Part shown: one piece after another, positions 1 through 9,719 of the stretch
Numbering within the stretch: the first letter of the stretch is position 1
Layout: each line of letters opens with the position of its first letter
NCBI GenBank assembly: GCA_035568155.1
Contig: DATMOS010000051.1
Span: 24,156 to 88,155, forward strand
From: Verrucomicrobiia bacterium
Lineage (GTDB): Bacteria; Acidobacteriota; Terriglobia; Acidiferrales; UBA7541
Reading direction: 5' to 3'
DNA length: 64,000 nt
Position numbers and translations under genes: made by a program
The notes under the pieces: generated by a model
Told to the model about the DNA's origin: nothing
The model's database searches: none
The model's input: only the letters and a program-made list of their open reading frames with translations

Positions 1-715
1 TGCCATCAAAATACCAGGCGTCCAAAGGCACCGTCGCGATGGTCGCGTGATAGTTGTGAGTCGCGGCGTGATTTGCCAATTTTTCGAAATCGATATAGCC
101 ATAACTTCGATGATGAAGATTCGGGTCGTCTATGATGAAACTGGCCCGTGGTTCCGGAGTCGGCCAGCCATCCGGACCCACGAGCCTGCGCAAAAAATGC
201 AATAACGGAACCATGGCGAACCAGCAGCGCTCTCGAAAATGGTTATGGAAAAAATCCTTTTCCGTAAACACTGGTATGTCTACGCCAACGTAATGATGAT
301 CATGATCGTCTCGCTGTTCGATGGCCCAAACGGATTGTTCCCCTACCTTGGCTAGCGATTCGAATGACTCTGGGACCCCAGGAAAATTTGCTAAGCTGGA
401 ATCGGCCAGCGTTTTACCGCGAAAGGCGCGATGCACCGCTGCCGATGAGCTGAATGTGATGGCCGATTGTGCCGTGACAGGGCTTGGTCGCGAAAATATA
501 ATTTCGTAGCAACTGACATTGCGTAAAGATGCTTCGCGCGCCGCCGCCGCAGCACCCCTCAATGCGATCAATCCCCGAAGACCGTCATAGTCGCCCGGGG
601 TGTGCGGTTCGAACGAAACCTCCAGCTGAGAGCTCAACATGTCAAAAAGCCGTCGGCGAAGTTCGTACCCTGTCGCCGGCGCTACGGCGATTCTTATTTT
701 AGATTGGGATAACAC
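1..715 (-). CDS. Partial ORF running off the left edge; polysaccharide deacetylase-like / EPS-locus hypothetical protein
   Basis: Not in the ORF track. Manual translation from GTG at 715, 2 nt after the stop of the upstream gene, stays open to base 1 (MLSQSKIRIAV...RASFIIDDPNLHHRSYGYIDF...ATVPLDAWYF). The FIIDDP motif resembles the acidic motif of NodB/CE4-like barrels. Confidence 0.6.
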   Translation of the reverse strand, partial: MLSQSKIRIAVAPATGYELRRRLFDMLSSQLEVSFEPHTPGDYDGLRGLIALRGAAAAAREASLRNVSCYEIIFSRPSPVTAQSAITFSSSAAVHRAFRGKTLADSSLANFPGVPESFESLAKVGEQSVWAIEQRDDHDHHYVGVDIPVFTEKDFFHNHFRERCWFAMVPLLHFLRRLVGPDGWPTPEPRASFIIDDPNLHHRSYGYIDFEKLANHAATHNYHATIATVPLDAWYFDG

Positions 716-717
716 GA

Positions 718-1200
718 TCAGGTTTTTCCAAGAGGGCGAAGTTTTTTGGAAAATTCTCGCAGCGAAATATTCATCTTTAGTGGAACGCCAACACGAGCAA
801 TGGGGACCGCGGGATTACCCTGAACCACCGTCATTGCCGGAACGGATTTTGTCACCACGCTGCCGGCAGTGACCACCGATCCTTTCCCTATTGTAACATT
901 CGGCATAATAATCGCGCCCGGTCCTATTGAGGCATCTTCCTCAATAACCACGCCGTGCAATTCGCGGAAATGCGCAATAATCACGGCGCGAATCCCGATC
1001 GCAGCTCCGGCTTTTATGGTTACGTAATCAGGATGCGATGTTTCTATGATTGCGTCGTAACCGATCCATACGCCCTCTTCAATGTGAACGCCACGCCATC
1101 GGTGCAGCTTGACGCGAAGGCCAGTAGCTCCAGGCGCGGTGCGAGCAATATTTTGCAGCACCCGGTTCTTGAGTCCCGAGATGAACCCCTCCTTGCTCAT
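718..1200 (-). CDS. Hexapeptide-repeat (left-handed beta-helix) acyltransferase
   Basis: Hexapeptide repeats [31 protein letters not shown] and C-terminal GNPA. Confidence 0.85.
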   Translation of the reverse strand: MSKEGFISGLKNRVLQNIARTAPGATGLRVKLHRWRGVHIEEGVWIGYDAIIETSHPDYVTIKAGAAIGIRAVIIAHFRELHGVVIEEDASIGPGAIIMPNVTIGKGSVVTAGSVVTKSVPAMTVVQGNPAVPIARVGVPLKMNISLREFSKKLRPLGKT

Positions 1201-1292
1201 ATTATCGGCGACTCCGATTTGTCTACTGTATGCGAAACGTTACCGTCATTGCTTGTCGATCCGTAAAAACACTTCGTACTTTTCTAATGCTC

Positions 1293-2288
1293 TCAATCAA
1301 CCCCTGACATTCGCAGGGTTCGCAACGGCGCCGGGCCAGTCAGCTTTACGAAGGTTCGTCGCATCGCGGCCGCGAAGGCCATCATCCAACCCTTTACGAA
1401 CAGTGAGCCTGCGTTCGCATAAAGGTGTGCGCGCAGGCATCTCTTGATCCAGAAAAAAATTGGTCCACCAAGAAACGCGTATCTCTCAAATCGGAAACGC
1501 GCACCACCCGGATATTCGCCAGCCTTTTCTTTCTTGATTAGTGCCAGCATGGCCGGGATAAACGGCGGCACCTGGTGCACAGTATTTCCTTGATGAACGC
1601 GATAACAGATTGTCGGTGGCGACAAGACTTGAACGCAACGACCGGAAACCCCCAACTTCATCATCATATCCAAGTCGTCCAGGTGAAACAGCCCCTCGGT
1701 CCATCCGCCAGCTTGCTGAAATGTCGTCCTGTTTACCACCATAGCGCTGGCACTGGCTCGGTGCATTCGATCTTTTTGAATCAGGTTCTCATATTCGACG
1801 AAAGTGACTTCCCCAGGCGTTTCTGCTGTTTCGGGGCGTCGCGTGCCCTCAAAGAAAAAGAGGCGGCTCAGCAGGATTGGAGCGTGGCTGGCAGATATCA
1901 GAGCCGCGTAGGTGTTCAGCGCCCACGGCGACAATAAATCGTCTCCGTCCAGAAACACCAAATAATTCCCTTCAGCTGCTGACGCGCCAAGATTGCGCGC
2001 CGGATTTGCCCCGATATTCTTCGAAGCGCAAATAAGGCGTATTGAATTTCCAAATCCTTTTAGAATGTCGACCGAATCGTCCGACGAAGCGTCATCTACT
2101 ACGATTACTTCGCGCGCCTTGTAGCTCTGCGCGAGAGCCGAATTCACGGCATCCTGAATGAAAAGCGCCTGATTATAGCAGGTGATGATTACGCTGAATT
2201 GCGGCGGGGTCGCCGCGCCTGCGCTGACGAGGGTCATTAGGCGGACGCCAGATCGTCGGAAAAATATTTGTCCGTCGTTGCACAACAA
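1293..2288 (-). CDS. Glycosyltransferase family 2
   Basis: SVIITCYN, VVDDASSD, ARNLG and FLDGDD motifs; the true start may be ATG at 2237. Confidence 0.9.
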   Translation of the reverse strand: MLCNDGQIFFRRSGVRLMTLVSAGAATPPQFSVIITCYNQALFIQDAVNSALAQSYKAREVIVVDDASSDDSVDILKGFGNSIRLICASKNIGANPARNLGASAAEGNYLVFLDGDDLLSPWALNTYAALISASHAPILLSRLFFFEGTRRPETAETPGEVTFVEYENLIQKDRMHRASASAMVVNRTTFQQAGGWTEGLFHLDDLDMMMKLGVSGRCVQVLSPPTICYRVHQGNTVHQVPPFIPAMLALIKKEKAGEYPGGARFRFERYAFLGGPIFFWIKRCLRAHLYANAGSLFVKGWMMAFAAAMRRTFVKLTGPAPLRTLRMSGVD

Positions 2289-2334
2289 TAGACATTCAAA
2301 CTATTGGCCTGCAGCATTTTCTGTGAGATTGATC

Positions 2335-3780
2335 TTAACTAGTAGTGACAGAATTGGACTGGCGTTGCAATCCGCCAGTTCCCTTAGAATGCACATCTCG
2401 TGCATTCGATTCGGGCTGAGCCCTAGGCGTGAGCGATGGTTCGAAGGAATATTTAAGTTGGCCATCGACCAGATGTGCGTAAGCGATGCGAGCGCGGTCT
2501 TGGCCTTCACCCTCTATTCGCCAACCCACTCCATCCGTCACCAATTTCAGTTCCGCGCGTATTCTCCACCATCTATTAATTTCGCGGGGCAGCGCGGTCC
2601 AAACAAACATTTTTTCGCGTAGTAGAGCCAAGTACGACAATAAGCGGCGGTACGTGTTGTTCGATTTTTTGCTTAAGATGTAGTCCGGGTGAACAATTAG
2701 GCTTATGAGTCCGTGCCCGGCCAGTATCGACCGGCATTGCTCTTCCCAAAGAGTCGTGGAATACGAACTCAAAATGTGGAAAAGAGAATAATCTTGCGTG
2801 GTGGTCACCGGTATTTCCAATACCTTGCCGACAAAATAGGGCATTACCGTACAGCAGCCGCCGTTTTGCGCGTCTAAATGTCCTACGTTGGGTACGGACA
2901 TGTCATACGAACATTTCAAGGCATCGAACCAGCCCAAATTCCGATAGAGCGCTCCGGACCTAAATCCTTGCGCATCGAACTTCTTTAAGTAACCGTTAAT
3001 TTTCTCGGCGCGACGCAGAAATTCTTCGCGGGTTCTGAAAAGATTGCCGTCGTGACAGAGATCGTGGACGTTAACCTCGCAACCGCGTTGCCGTATCTGC
3101 TCCAGAAACGCGGGCGTAACGTCATAACGTTTTTCGGGCACCACTTGATAAGAGGCTTTGAACCCAAATTCGTCGTCGGTATCCATCAATTGCGGGCAAA
3201 AATCTCGTCCCGCCTCAGTCTCCACGTCGTGGGTCAAAATGGCAGCCGCAGGAGCTCCTTCAGGCCAGAACCAGATAAACGGTACGGGAGTGTTACTCCT
3301 CGCTTTCAATGCGGCTTTCATCAACTCTTCGAAAAGCTTATCTACGGTGCGATCCACCGGCCAATGGGGAAAGGGTGACTGCGTACCTCCTTGCAAACGA
3401 ATTCGTTGAAGAATTCTCCGGAAGTGAACAGGAAAAACGGGGCGCCCCAGATAATAAATCGCACGAATTACCGCGTTACCGCCAAAATAAGTGTGTTCGG
3501 AGTGCATTTGCCCGGTATAGGCTTCGAATCTCAGGTTCTCTGCGACTTGGTCCGGGTCAAAGGGAAGGGTGACGTGACGCCGTTCAATTTTTGCCGCGCA
3601 AGAAACGTCTTCAAGCTGCACATGGTAGTTCGCAGCAGGGCGGCGAACGCTGGACTGGCCGTAACAATCGACACCTTCTCCAAAACGAAAAAATCCTGAT
3701 TCTTTTTGGAGCTCGCCGCCCAACCGGAAATCAGCAGCGGTGTCAGGGCACCGGAAATGATGGCGAAATGCCTGGTTCAT
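2335..3780 (-). CDS. Polysaccharide deacetylase-like (CE4/NodB-like) protein
   Basis: LTHDVET, NVHDLCHDG, GFRSG, EIPVTTTQD and HPDY motifs; paralogous to the N-terminal domain of 41609..43753. Confidence 0.7.
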   Translation of the reverse strand: MNQAFRHHFRCPDTAADFRLGGELQKESGFFRFGEGVDCYGQSSVRRPAANYHVQLEDVSCAAKIERRHVTLPFDPDQVAENLRFEAYTGQMHSEHTYFGGNAVIRAIYYLGRPVFPVHFRRILQRIRLQGGTQSPFPHWPVDRTVDKLFEELMKAALKARSNTPVPFIWFWPEGAPAAAILTHDVETEAGRDFCPQLMDTDDEFGFKASYQVVPEKRYDVTPAFLEQIRQRGCEVNVHDLCHDGNLFRTREEFLRRAEKINGYLKKFDAQGFRSGALYRNLGWFDALKCSYDMSVPNVGHLDAQNGGCCTVMPYFVGKVLEIPVTTTQDYSLFHILSSYSTTLWEEQCRSILAGHGLISLIVHPDYILSKKSNNTYRRLLSYLALLREKMFVWTALPREINRWWRIRAELKLVTDGVGWRIEGEGQDRARIAYAHLVDGQLKYSFEPSLTPRAQPESNARDVHSKGTGGLQRQSNSVTTS

Positions 3781-3875
3781 AGTTAGTTAATTATAGCTTC
3801 AAGGGAATAGTACCTTTCAGGTATACAAAGTGCACTCGGTGTTCTGCAAGTTGTTATCTATTTCGAGGCCGGAGG

Positions 3876-4937
3876 CTAGCCAACGTGAGGGTACAGCAAG
3901 TTCCCGGCAAGGCGCAACACCCCCTGTGGACAACGAGAAAACACTTTTTTGCCAAGCTTCATAAGGATCGAAGGATCCTGCTCGGTAGCGACCGGTCGTT
4001 GGGGATATCGTAGATAAGTTAGCGACTGCCGTTTCGTTCCCCACCTGTCTTTGAATGTCACCAAGCCTGTGTTAGCGCATTCTGACCGGCCAAAATCGAG
4101 TTCCACAAATCCGTGTTCTTTCGAATGGCGGATCAAATGCCAGAAAAGAAACTGCATGCCGCCAAGATTATGCGAATGGGCGTCAGAGCAGCCGTACTTG
4201 TAAACCATTTTTTGTTTATGGCTCAGGGTGAAGATTGAAGCGATCGCGGGGGCATCTTTCCTGGCGATCCAAATCTGCGCGCTCGCACCGAGACAGGTGA
4301 GAACATTGCGAAACCACTTTAAAGGATGCGGCGGCAGTTGTTGTCTCTGTCTGGTGACTACGTGGAGGTTGTAAAAGTCCGCCAAGATTTTCTCGGACGA
4401 GCCCACTTCCAGCGTCAACTTCTCGCGTTCCGCTCGTTGAATTTTCCGTCGAATCGAATCGCCGTGAAGCTTTTTATAAAGCTCGTCCAGCGTTGGCCGC
4501 AAATCGAGCAAATGTAGAAAATAAGACTCTGCACCTGCTGTCGCCTCACTAAATGACAAGCTTAGTGGCCGAATGTCGATGTACTTTATTTTGTGCTCAC
4601 GCAACTCCTGCAACGCGGGAGTCAATAGCTCGTTGAGTTGATCAACGCTCTCGACGAGCGGTTCGCAATGATCGGAGAAAGGAAGGGAAACTAATCGCTG
4701 ACCGGTCAGCCAGCTGTTCACGCGGCAAAACACCACCGCGTTGCTCAGCGGGGTGCCCAGCGGAGCGCTGGTGTACGCCAGCGGTTCGTACCCATATGTT
4801 GTTTGTAAAGCCCTCAGCCACCCCGCGGAATGAAAAATACTTGCGTTGGAATGACTGTTGAGCATTTGTGCCCAACGAGGATCGGCCAGCGGGCTCACGT
4901 CATGGATTTCGATGGAAGCTCCTTTGGAGTCATGCAC
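3876..4937 (-). CDS. FemAB-related GNAT acyltransferase
   Basis: FHSAGWL, LVSLPFSDHC, IRRKIQRAER and LDFGRS...GLVTFKDRWG, typical of FemAB-like GNATs in EPS loci. Confidence 0.8.
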   Translation of the reverse strand: MHDSKGASIEIHDVSPLADPRWAQMLNSHSNASIFHSAGWLRALQTTYGYEPLAYTSAPLGTPLSNAVVFCRVNSWLTGQRLVSLPFSDHCEPLVESVDQLNELLTPALQELREHKIKYIDIRPLSLSFSEATAGAESYFLHLLDLRPTLDELYKKLHGDSIRRKIQRAEREKLTLEVGSSEKILADFYNLHVVTRQRQQLPPHPLKWFRNVLTCLGASAQIWIARKDAPAIASIFTLSHKQKMVYKYGCSDAHSHNLGGMQFLFWHLIRHSKEHGFVELDFGRSECANTGLVTFKDRWGTKRQSLTYLRYPQRPVATEQDPSILMKLGKKVFSRCPQGVLRLAGNLLYPHVG

Positions 4938-5110
4938 GGAGAGAGGAGAGTCAGAAATCCGGTTGTGTTCACTATTTTATAGCTTTGATACAGTTTGTTG
5001 CGTAACTACACCCTAACTAACAGTCAGTGCGAGGTCAACGTAGTGCGAAAGATCATATGAATCGCCCAAGGTTTGGAACAAGACTTATCACAACCGCCAA
5101 CACCTGCCAG

Positions 5111-5986
5111 CTACCGCCAAATGCTCTCTCTGCCTGTAAGACGCGCCAGTTGTTGCTTTCGGAGATATTTGATGGTTTCGGGCTCATCCACCTGCGGAAT
5201 CCGTTGCGTATATCCTGAAAGGAAGCCATACATCAATGCGGCAGACCCAACGACGTAGGGCTTGAAACGCAGCCGCCGAACGCATTTCAACAGCATGAAC
5301 GCCGGATGATAGCCGCACACGTAATTGGCTCGCCCGTTCTTGACCAAATTGGCCCACGTGCCATCAGCGGCTCCGGTGTAGCGGTGATGCAGCAGATGTA
5401 ACTCTGGAAAACTCCTGGTTGTCCATCCCAGCATGCTGGCTTTCACTTCGTCCATGGTGTCCCAGCCAGGGGCTGGCCAAAATCCCCCTATAGCAACCCA
5501 GCATTCCCGTTTATAAATCTTTGTAGCGCCACGAACGTGGAAGGCAGGGTTAGGTTCAAACGATTTCTTCCCGTTTTCGATATAGCACATGACACCGCCA
5601 CCGACGCCTAGCCGAGGTTCATTCGCAAAGTGATTGAAACACTTTTCGAAATAATCAGGTTCGAAGGAAAGATCTCCATCCAATTTAACGATGTACTCCC
5701 AATCCGTGCAGGTCACCTGGCGATACCCGTCGTTGAATGCGTCGACCACGCCGCCGCCAGCCTTTCGAAAGCCGCGGTTGGTGCGGTGAACGGCGTGGAT
5801 CCAGGGATAGCGCGCAGAATATTCGTCGACGATTTCCCCGGTCCGGTCCGTGGAACCGTCATTGACGATCCACCACTCGACAGGGCGAATGGTTTGTGCT
5901 ACGACGCTTTCGATAGTTTTTGGCAGGTGTGCTTCTTCATCGCGCGCGGGCGTAATGACTATGTATTTGATGTTGGACAGGTTCAT
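5111..5986 (-). CDS. Glycosyltransferase family 2
   Basis: VITPARDEE, IVNDGSTD, KLDGD and GWDTMD motifs. Confidence 0.9.
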   Translation of the reverse strand: MNLSNIKYIVITPARDEEAHLPKTIESVVAQTIRPVEWWIVNDGSTDRTGEIVDEYSARYPWIHAVHRTNRGFRKAGGGVVDAFNDGYRQVTCTDWEYIVKLDGDLSFEPDYFEKCFNHFANEPRLGVGGGVMCYIENGKKSFEPNPAFHVRGATKIYKRECWVAIGGFWPAPGWDTMDEVKASMLGWTTRSFPELHLLHHRYTGAADGTWANLVKNGRANYVCGYHPAFMLLKCVRRLRFKPYVVGSAALMYGFLSGYTQRIPQVDEPETIKYLRKQQLARLTGRESIWR

Positions 5987-6111
5987 AGAATGATGTAAAG
6001 GTTAGAAAGTATTTTAGAAAGCCCGTTTATCCGCCAGGGAAAAGTTTATCCTTACATTTCGCGAAGGTTCTTTTTCCGCGCCCAGTGCGACTGTTCATCA
6101 CCATCGCAATT

Positions 6112-6975
6112 TCATGATTGCGGTAATACGCGTGCGGCATGTTCTCTTTTCCGCCCCAGCATAAGTTGCGCAAAAGCGAATATTTTTCGTTTGAGTTCGA
6201 ATGCCCAGGGCGACCAACGATAAGCACCAGCTAGTTTGAGCCGGAACTCCAGCGGCCAATCAGTTGGATCTACCGGCACACGGCCGGTAACGAACTCATG
6301 CGGTTCTCTAAAAGCAAAGTGGGGAAGGGTAGAAAAAATCCTTTGATACCCGGCCTCATGGCACATTTCCACGAGTTTTTGATTAAAGCCGCCATAAGGA
6401 AAACTAAACAGCACGATACGGCGATGGAGTTGCTCTTCAAGTTTAGCCCGTGACAACGCAATTTCCCTCTTGGCTTGATCTAAATTTATCGACGGGAGCA
6501 ACGGGTGGGTCAGCGTATGAGACCCGATGGTTACCAGACTTTCCGGCAAAGCACGAATCTGTTCCAGCGACATTACTTCCTCCGCGTAACCGTCCGGCCC
6601 AAAAGTTTTCCCGATGACATCGGTAATCACAAACATGGTCGCGGGAATTCCGCGTTTTACCAACTCCGGGAGCGCACATTCGTAGAAATTCTTAAATCCA
6701 TCGTCAAAAGTCACCGCTACATGGTGCGTCCCGGGCTGTAACGTCGTGGCTTCATTAGCGGCAATTGGCTTCGCATAGCTGAGCAGTTGGTCCATTTGTT
6801 TTGCGAAACGGGCCCGCTGCACGGCATCGACGGAATGATAGTAAACAACAACACAGGAACTGCGAGCGGCCCGGCCTATTACGCGATTCAGAAACCTATC
6901 AAGGGCGGAGACGGCGTACACGCCCAGGCTGATTCCTAATTTCACAATGCGCGATAGCGAAACGTGGTTTTCCAT
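6112..6975 (-). CDS. Polysaccharide deacetylase (CE4/NodB)
   Basis: YYHSV, VTFDDG, IGSHTLTHP and FSFPYG motifs. Confidence 0.9.
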   Translation of the reverse strand: MENHVSLSRIVKLGISLGVYAVSALDRFLNRVIGRAARSSCVVVYYHSVDAVQRARFAKQMDQLLSYAKPIAANEATTLQPGTHHVAVTFDDGFKNFYECALPELVKRGIPATMFVITDVIGKTFGPDGYAEEVMSLEQIRALPESLVTIGSHTLTHPLLPSINLDQAKREIALSRAKLEEQLHRRIVLFSFPYGGFNQKLVEMCHEAGYQRIFSTLPHFAFREPHEFVTGRVPVDPTDWPLEFRLKLAGAYRWSPWAFELKRKIFAFAQLMLGRKREHAARVLPQS

Positions 6976-7048
6976 GAATTCCGTTGGCCGTGGCGTCTGA
7001 CTTGTACCGCAAATAATTATTCAGTGCTTCCGCCGGCGCTCAACTCAC

Positions 7049-7279
7049 CTACAGTGTTTGAAGGTGGGCAAGAATGGAGTCGAAGGAGGTCAAATCTCCA
7101 AGGGCATTCTCATCCAGCTCGGTGCCAAACTCTTCTTGCACCAGCGCAATAAGCGTTACGCTCGCAATGGAATCCCATTCAGCGGTGTTCGAGGTATTCG
7201 CGTTTGCAAGAGTGCCGCCAGTAAGCGCTGGAAATACAGTAGAAAAGCATTTCATCAGCCTGTTTCGCACATCTTCCAT
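7049..7279 (-). CDS. Free-standing acyl carrier protein
   Basis: 76 aa, acidic, WDSI phosphopantetheine-site motif; similar to 52290..52526. Confidence 0.85.
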   Translation of the reverse strand: MEDVRNRLMKCFSTVFPALTGGTLANANTSNTAEWDSIASVTLIALVQEEFGTELDENALGDLTSFDSILAHLQTL

Positions 7280-7343
7280 TCCTGTTCTCCGTGGCCCTTC
7301 TGATTCATCTCCAGCCTACTGCTCATCGCATGTCCGCATCTGG

Positions 7344-8561
7344 TCACGGCCACAGCGTCGCATCACCGTCAAAAGGGCACGCATACCATGCATTCTCGTT
7401 CGCGAGCTTCTGATGAAGCACCGCATCGCGCGCCTTGTACCAGTACGGACAAGCCGGATAATCCCGTGAATAAGGCTTCCACTGCAGGAACTTTTGCCTG
7501 ATTGCCTTAGGATAGCCCATCACTTCAAGAACGTGACTCCCAGCATCCCTGGCAGATCTAAGAATGGCCGCCAGCAAGTGATCCATGACTTGCGGAGCAC
7601 TCTCATCAATCATAAGGTCCGCAATGATGGAACGCCTAAGCCCATCGCTGGCTGGGTCGTCGTGTCGCACAACTCCGTATCCAACTAAGCGGCTGCCAAC
7701 ATAACAACCCAGCAACTTCGTCGCTCTCCTGCTGCCCGGTGGATCAAAATGCCAGCGCATAATTGAGGGAGTGCGCTTGGCCTGCAGCCGCGGCATTTCA
7801 CGTAATTTGTCGGACCAAAATTGTTGAAATTCGTCACCTAAGTTATTCACGCCGGTTTCAGCGATAGTGTAACTCCCCGATTTTGCGCCGCGCGGACGCC
7901 GGCGAAGGCCCATATCAGCCTGCACCGCAACCGATGCCAGAGCGCTTCCGATTCCTTTTAGAGACGAGTTGATTCCCAATCTCTTGAACACTGATTTGGT
8001 GAAAACACCCGGATCAAGAATCCAGAATAAGACTTTGCCGTAATCCTTCTGCGGAAGCTCTACAGCCTTGAAGGCTTTCATTATTTTCCCGGCGGAAACT
8101 GTTGCGCTAGTGTTCAGGAAAAGATCCGCCTTCTGGCGAAAAAAAGATGCAACTAAAAGATGTGTGAATGCCCGATAGTCGCGCTCCACCGCCAGACGGC
8201 ACGCCTCTGCTGCTCGGAGGGTCTGCCCTTCATATTCGTACAGCATCGGGACGCTGCCCAAAAAACCCACGATTTCATCGGAGGCAGCGAGCACCCATCC
8301 GATAACGGCTTTCTCGCCATCACCAATCGCAGGATTGTCCTGCCACAAACGCTTCCAATTTTCAGGAGAATCCGGACCTAATCCCAACTTGCTGTTCAAA
8401 GCGCAAACTCGCTCGCAATCCGAGAAGCGTGCCTCGCGAACAGTAACCTTTTTCGCGGTTTTCACGGCCGAATCAGGAGCCTTGTGTTCCTCGTTTTCTG
8501 ATCGCACCTGCCGAACGCGCTTTAAAACCAGGTCGGCGATCTTTTTTTCGATGACAGACAT
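7344..8561 (-). CDS. Tandem GNAT-fold acyltransferase-like protein
   Basis: TVREARFSD start, IVGFLG, RLAVERDYR (motif A-like) and a second repeat LVGYGVV...IIADL; directly upstream of an ACP gene. Confidence 0.6.
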   Translation of the reverse strand: MSVIEKKIADLVLKRVRQVRSENEEHKAPDSAVKTAKKVTVREARFSDCERVCALNSKLGLGPDSPENWKRLWQDNPAIGDGEKAVIGWVLAASDEIVGFLGSVPMLYEYEGQTLRAAEACRLAVERDYRAFTHLLVASFFRQKADLFLNTSATVSAGKIMKAFKAVELPQKDYGKVLFWILDPGVFTKSVFKRLGINSSLKGIGSALASVAVQADMGLRRRPRGAKSGSYTIAETGVNNLGDEFQQFWSDKLREMPRLQAKRTPSIMRWHFDPPGSRRATKLLGCYVGSRLVGYGVVRHDDPASDGLRRSIIADLMIDESAPQVMDHLLAAILRSARDAGSHVLEVMGYPKAIRQKFLQWKPYSRDYPACPYWYKARDAVLHQKLANENAWYACPFDGDATLWP

Positions 8562-8715
8562 CTAGTTCGGTTCCCCTGATGTTGACCACTTGTCACTGAA
8601 TAGCGCTTTTACGATAAACCAGAAAAAGTCACACACGGTGACTGGCAGAGCAGGAAGGACGGATTCGCCGAATTATGTAAGAGTCCTGCCGAAGTGTCAG
8701 GAGCGTTCAACGCTG

Positions 8716-9678
8716 CTAGCGGCTTCCCAGCGCCACGCCTTGCCGCCCGAGAGCCCAGTTTAGAACCGCCTTCCACTTTGCGGTGGAAGCCTTAAGCGAC
8801 TTCCTCTCCCACACAATATTCCCGAGTGGAAGCATCAAGGTAAGAATCATCAGCCGCACGGCGGCTGTACAACCGATGGCTGCCCGGTACATCGATTTAT
8901 AAACCAGGCCGCGAGTCTTCCTGTAGTACTCCAGCATCGCCTGGTGCCTCATAATGATGGCCCATTGGCTTACCTTCTGCTGCACGCTGCTTCGGCCCCC
9001 GTGATGAATTATGGCCGCCTGTCCAACATAATAATTATTGTAATTGGCGTGCTTCAGCTTGTAGTTCAGATCCAGATCTTCCGCATACATAAAATAATCT
9101 TCGCTTAGCATCCCAACTTTTTCGAACACCTCGCGCTTAAGCAACATACATGCGCCAGGGATGACTTCCACTTTTATAACCTTTACGTTTTCTTGAAACA
9201 GCGGCTGAATGTCCCAGAGTGGGCAGTGTGGCCATCGCAACAGCAGATATTCGGCGTCCAGAACGCTCGTCAGAATCGTCGGGAACTTCTGGATCGATTG
9301 CAGTTGCACCGACCGGTCAGTATTCAATAATTTGCAGCCGACTATACCCGCGTCAGGCCGTAGCCGGGATTGCTCGAGCATGACCTGAATCGCATCGCCA
9401 ACAATTTCTGTATCGGGATTCAGGAACAGGACATAATTCCCGCTCGATCGCTTGAAACCAAGATTGTTTGCTCCAGCGAACCCCAGATTCACTTCGCTCT
9501 TGATCATCACCATGTCCGGGAATTCCGACTGGAGGCCATCAATGCCACGCTCAGGCGAGGCGTTATCCACCACGATGACTTCAAACGAGATTCCATGAAT
9601 CTCTCGATACACGCTGGTCAGGCAAGCTCGCAGGTACGCGAGCGAATTCCAATTTACGATGATGATTGACAGTTCCAT
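8716..9678 (-). CDS. Glycosyltransferase family 2
   Basis: SIIIVNWN, VVDNAS, NLGFAGANN, FLNPD, GACML and FMYAEDLD motifs. Confidence 0.9.
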   Translation of the reverse strand: MELSIIIVNWNSLAYLRACLTSVYREIHGISFEVIVVDNASPERGIDGLQSEFPDMVMIKSEVNLGFAGANNLGFKRSSGNYVLFLNPDTEIVGDAIQVMLEQSRLRPDAGIVGCKLLNTDRSVQLQSIQKFPTILTSVLDAEYLLLRWPHCPLWDIQPLFQENVKVIKVEVIPGACMLLKREVFEKVGMLSEDYFMYAEDLDLNYKLKHANYNNYYVGQAAIIHHGGRSSVQQKVSQWAIIMRHQAMLEYYRKTRGLVYKSMYRAAIGCTAAVRLMILTLMLPLGNIVWERKSLKASTAKWKAVLNWALGRQGVALGSR

Positions 9679-9719
9679 AAAATTTAGACGGAGGTAATCT
9701 CGAAACCAGACTCAACAAA

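Noticed and set aside
5110-5118. Second GGCGGTAGC on the minus strand (another near 17705)
   Set aside because: Explained by coding sequence (Trp-Arg-stop; Leu-Ala-Val-Ala) and not in an operon leader.
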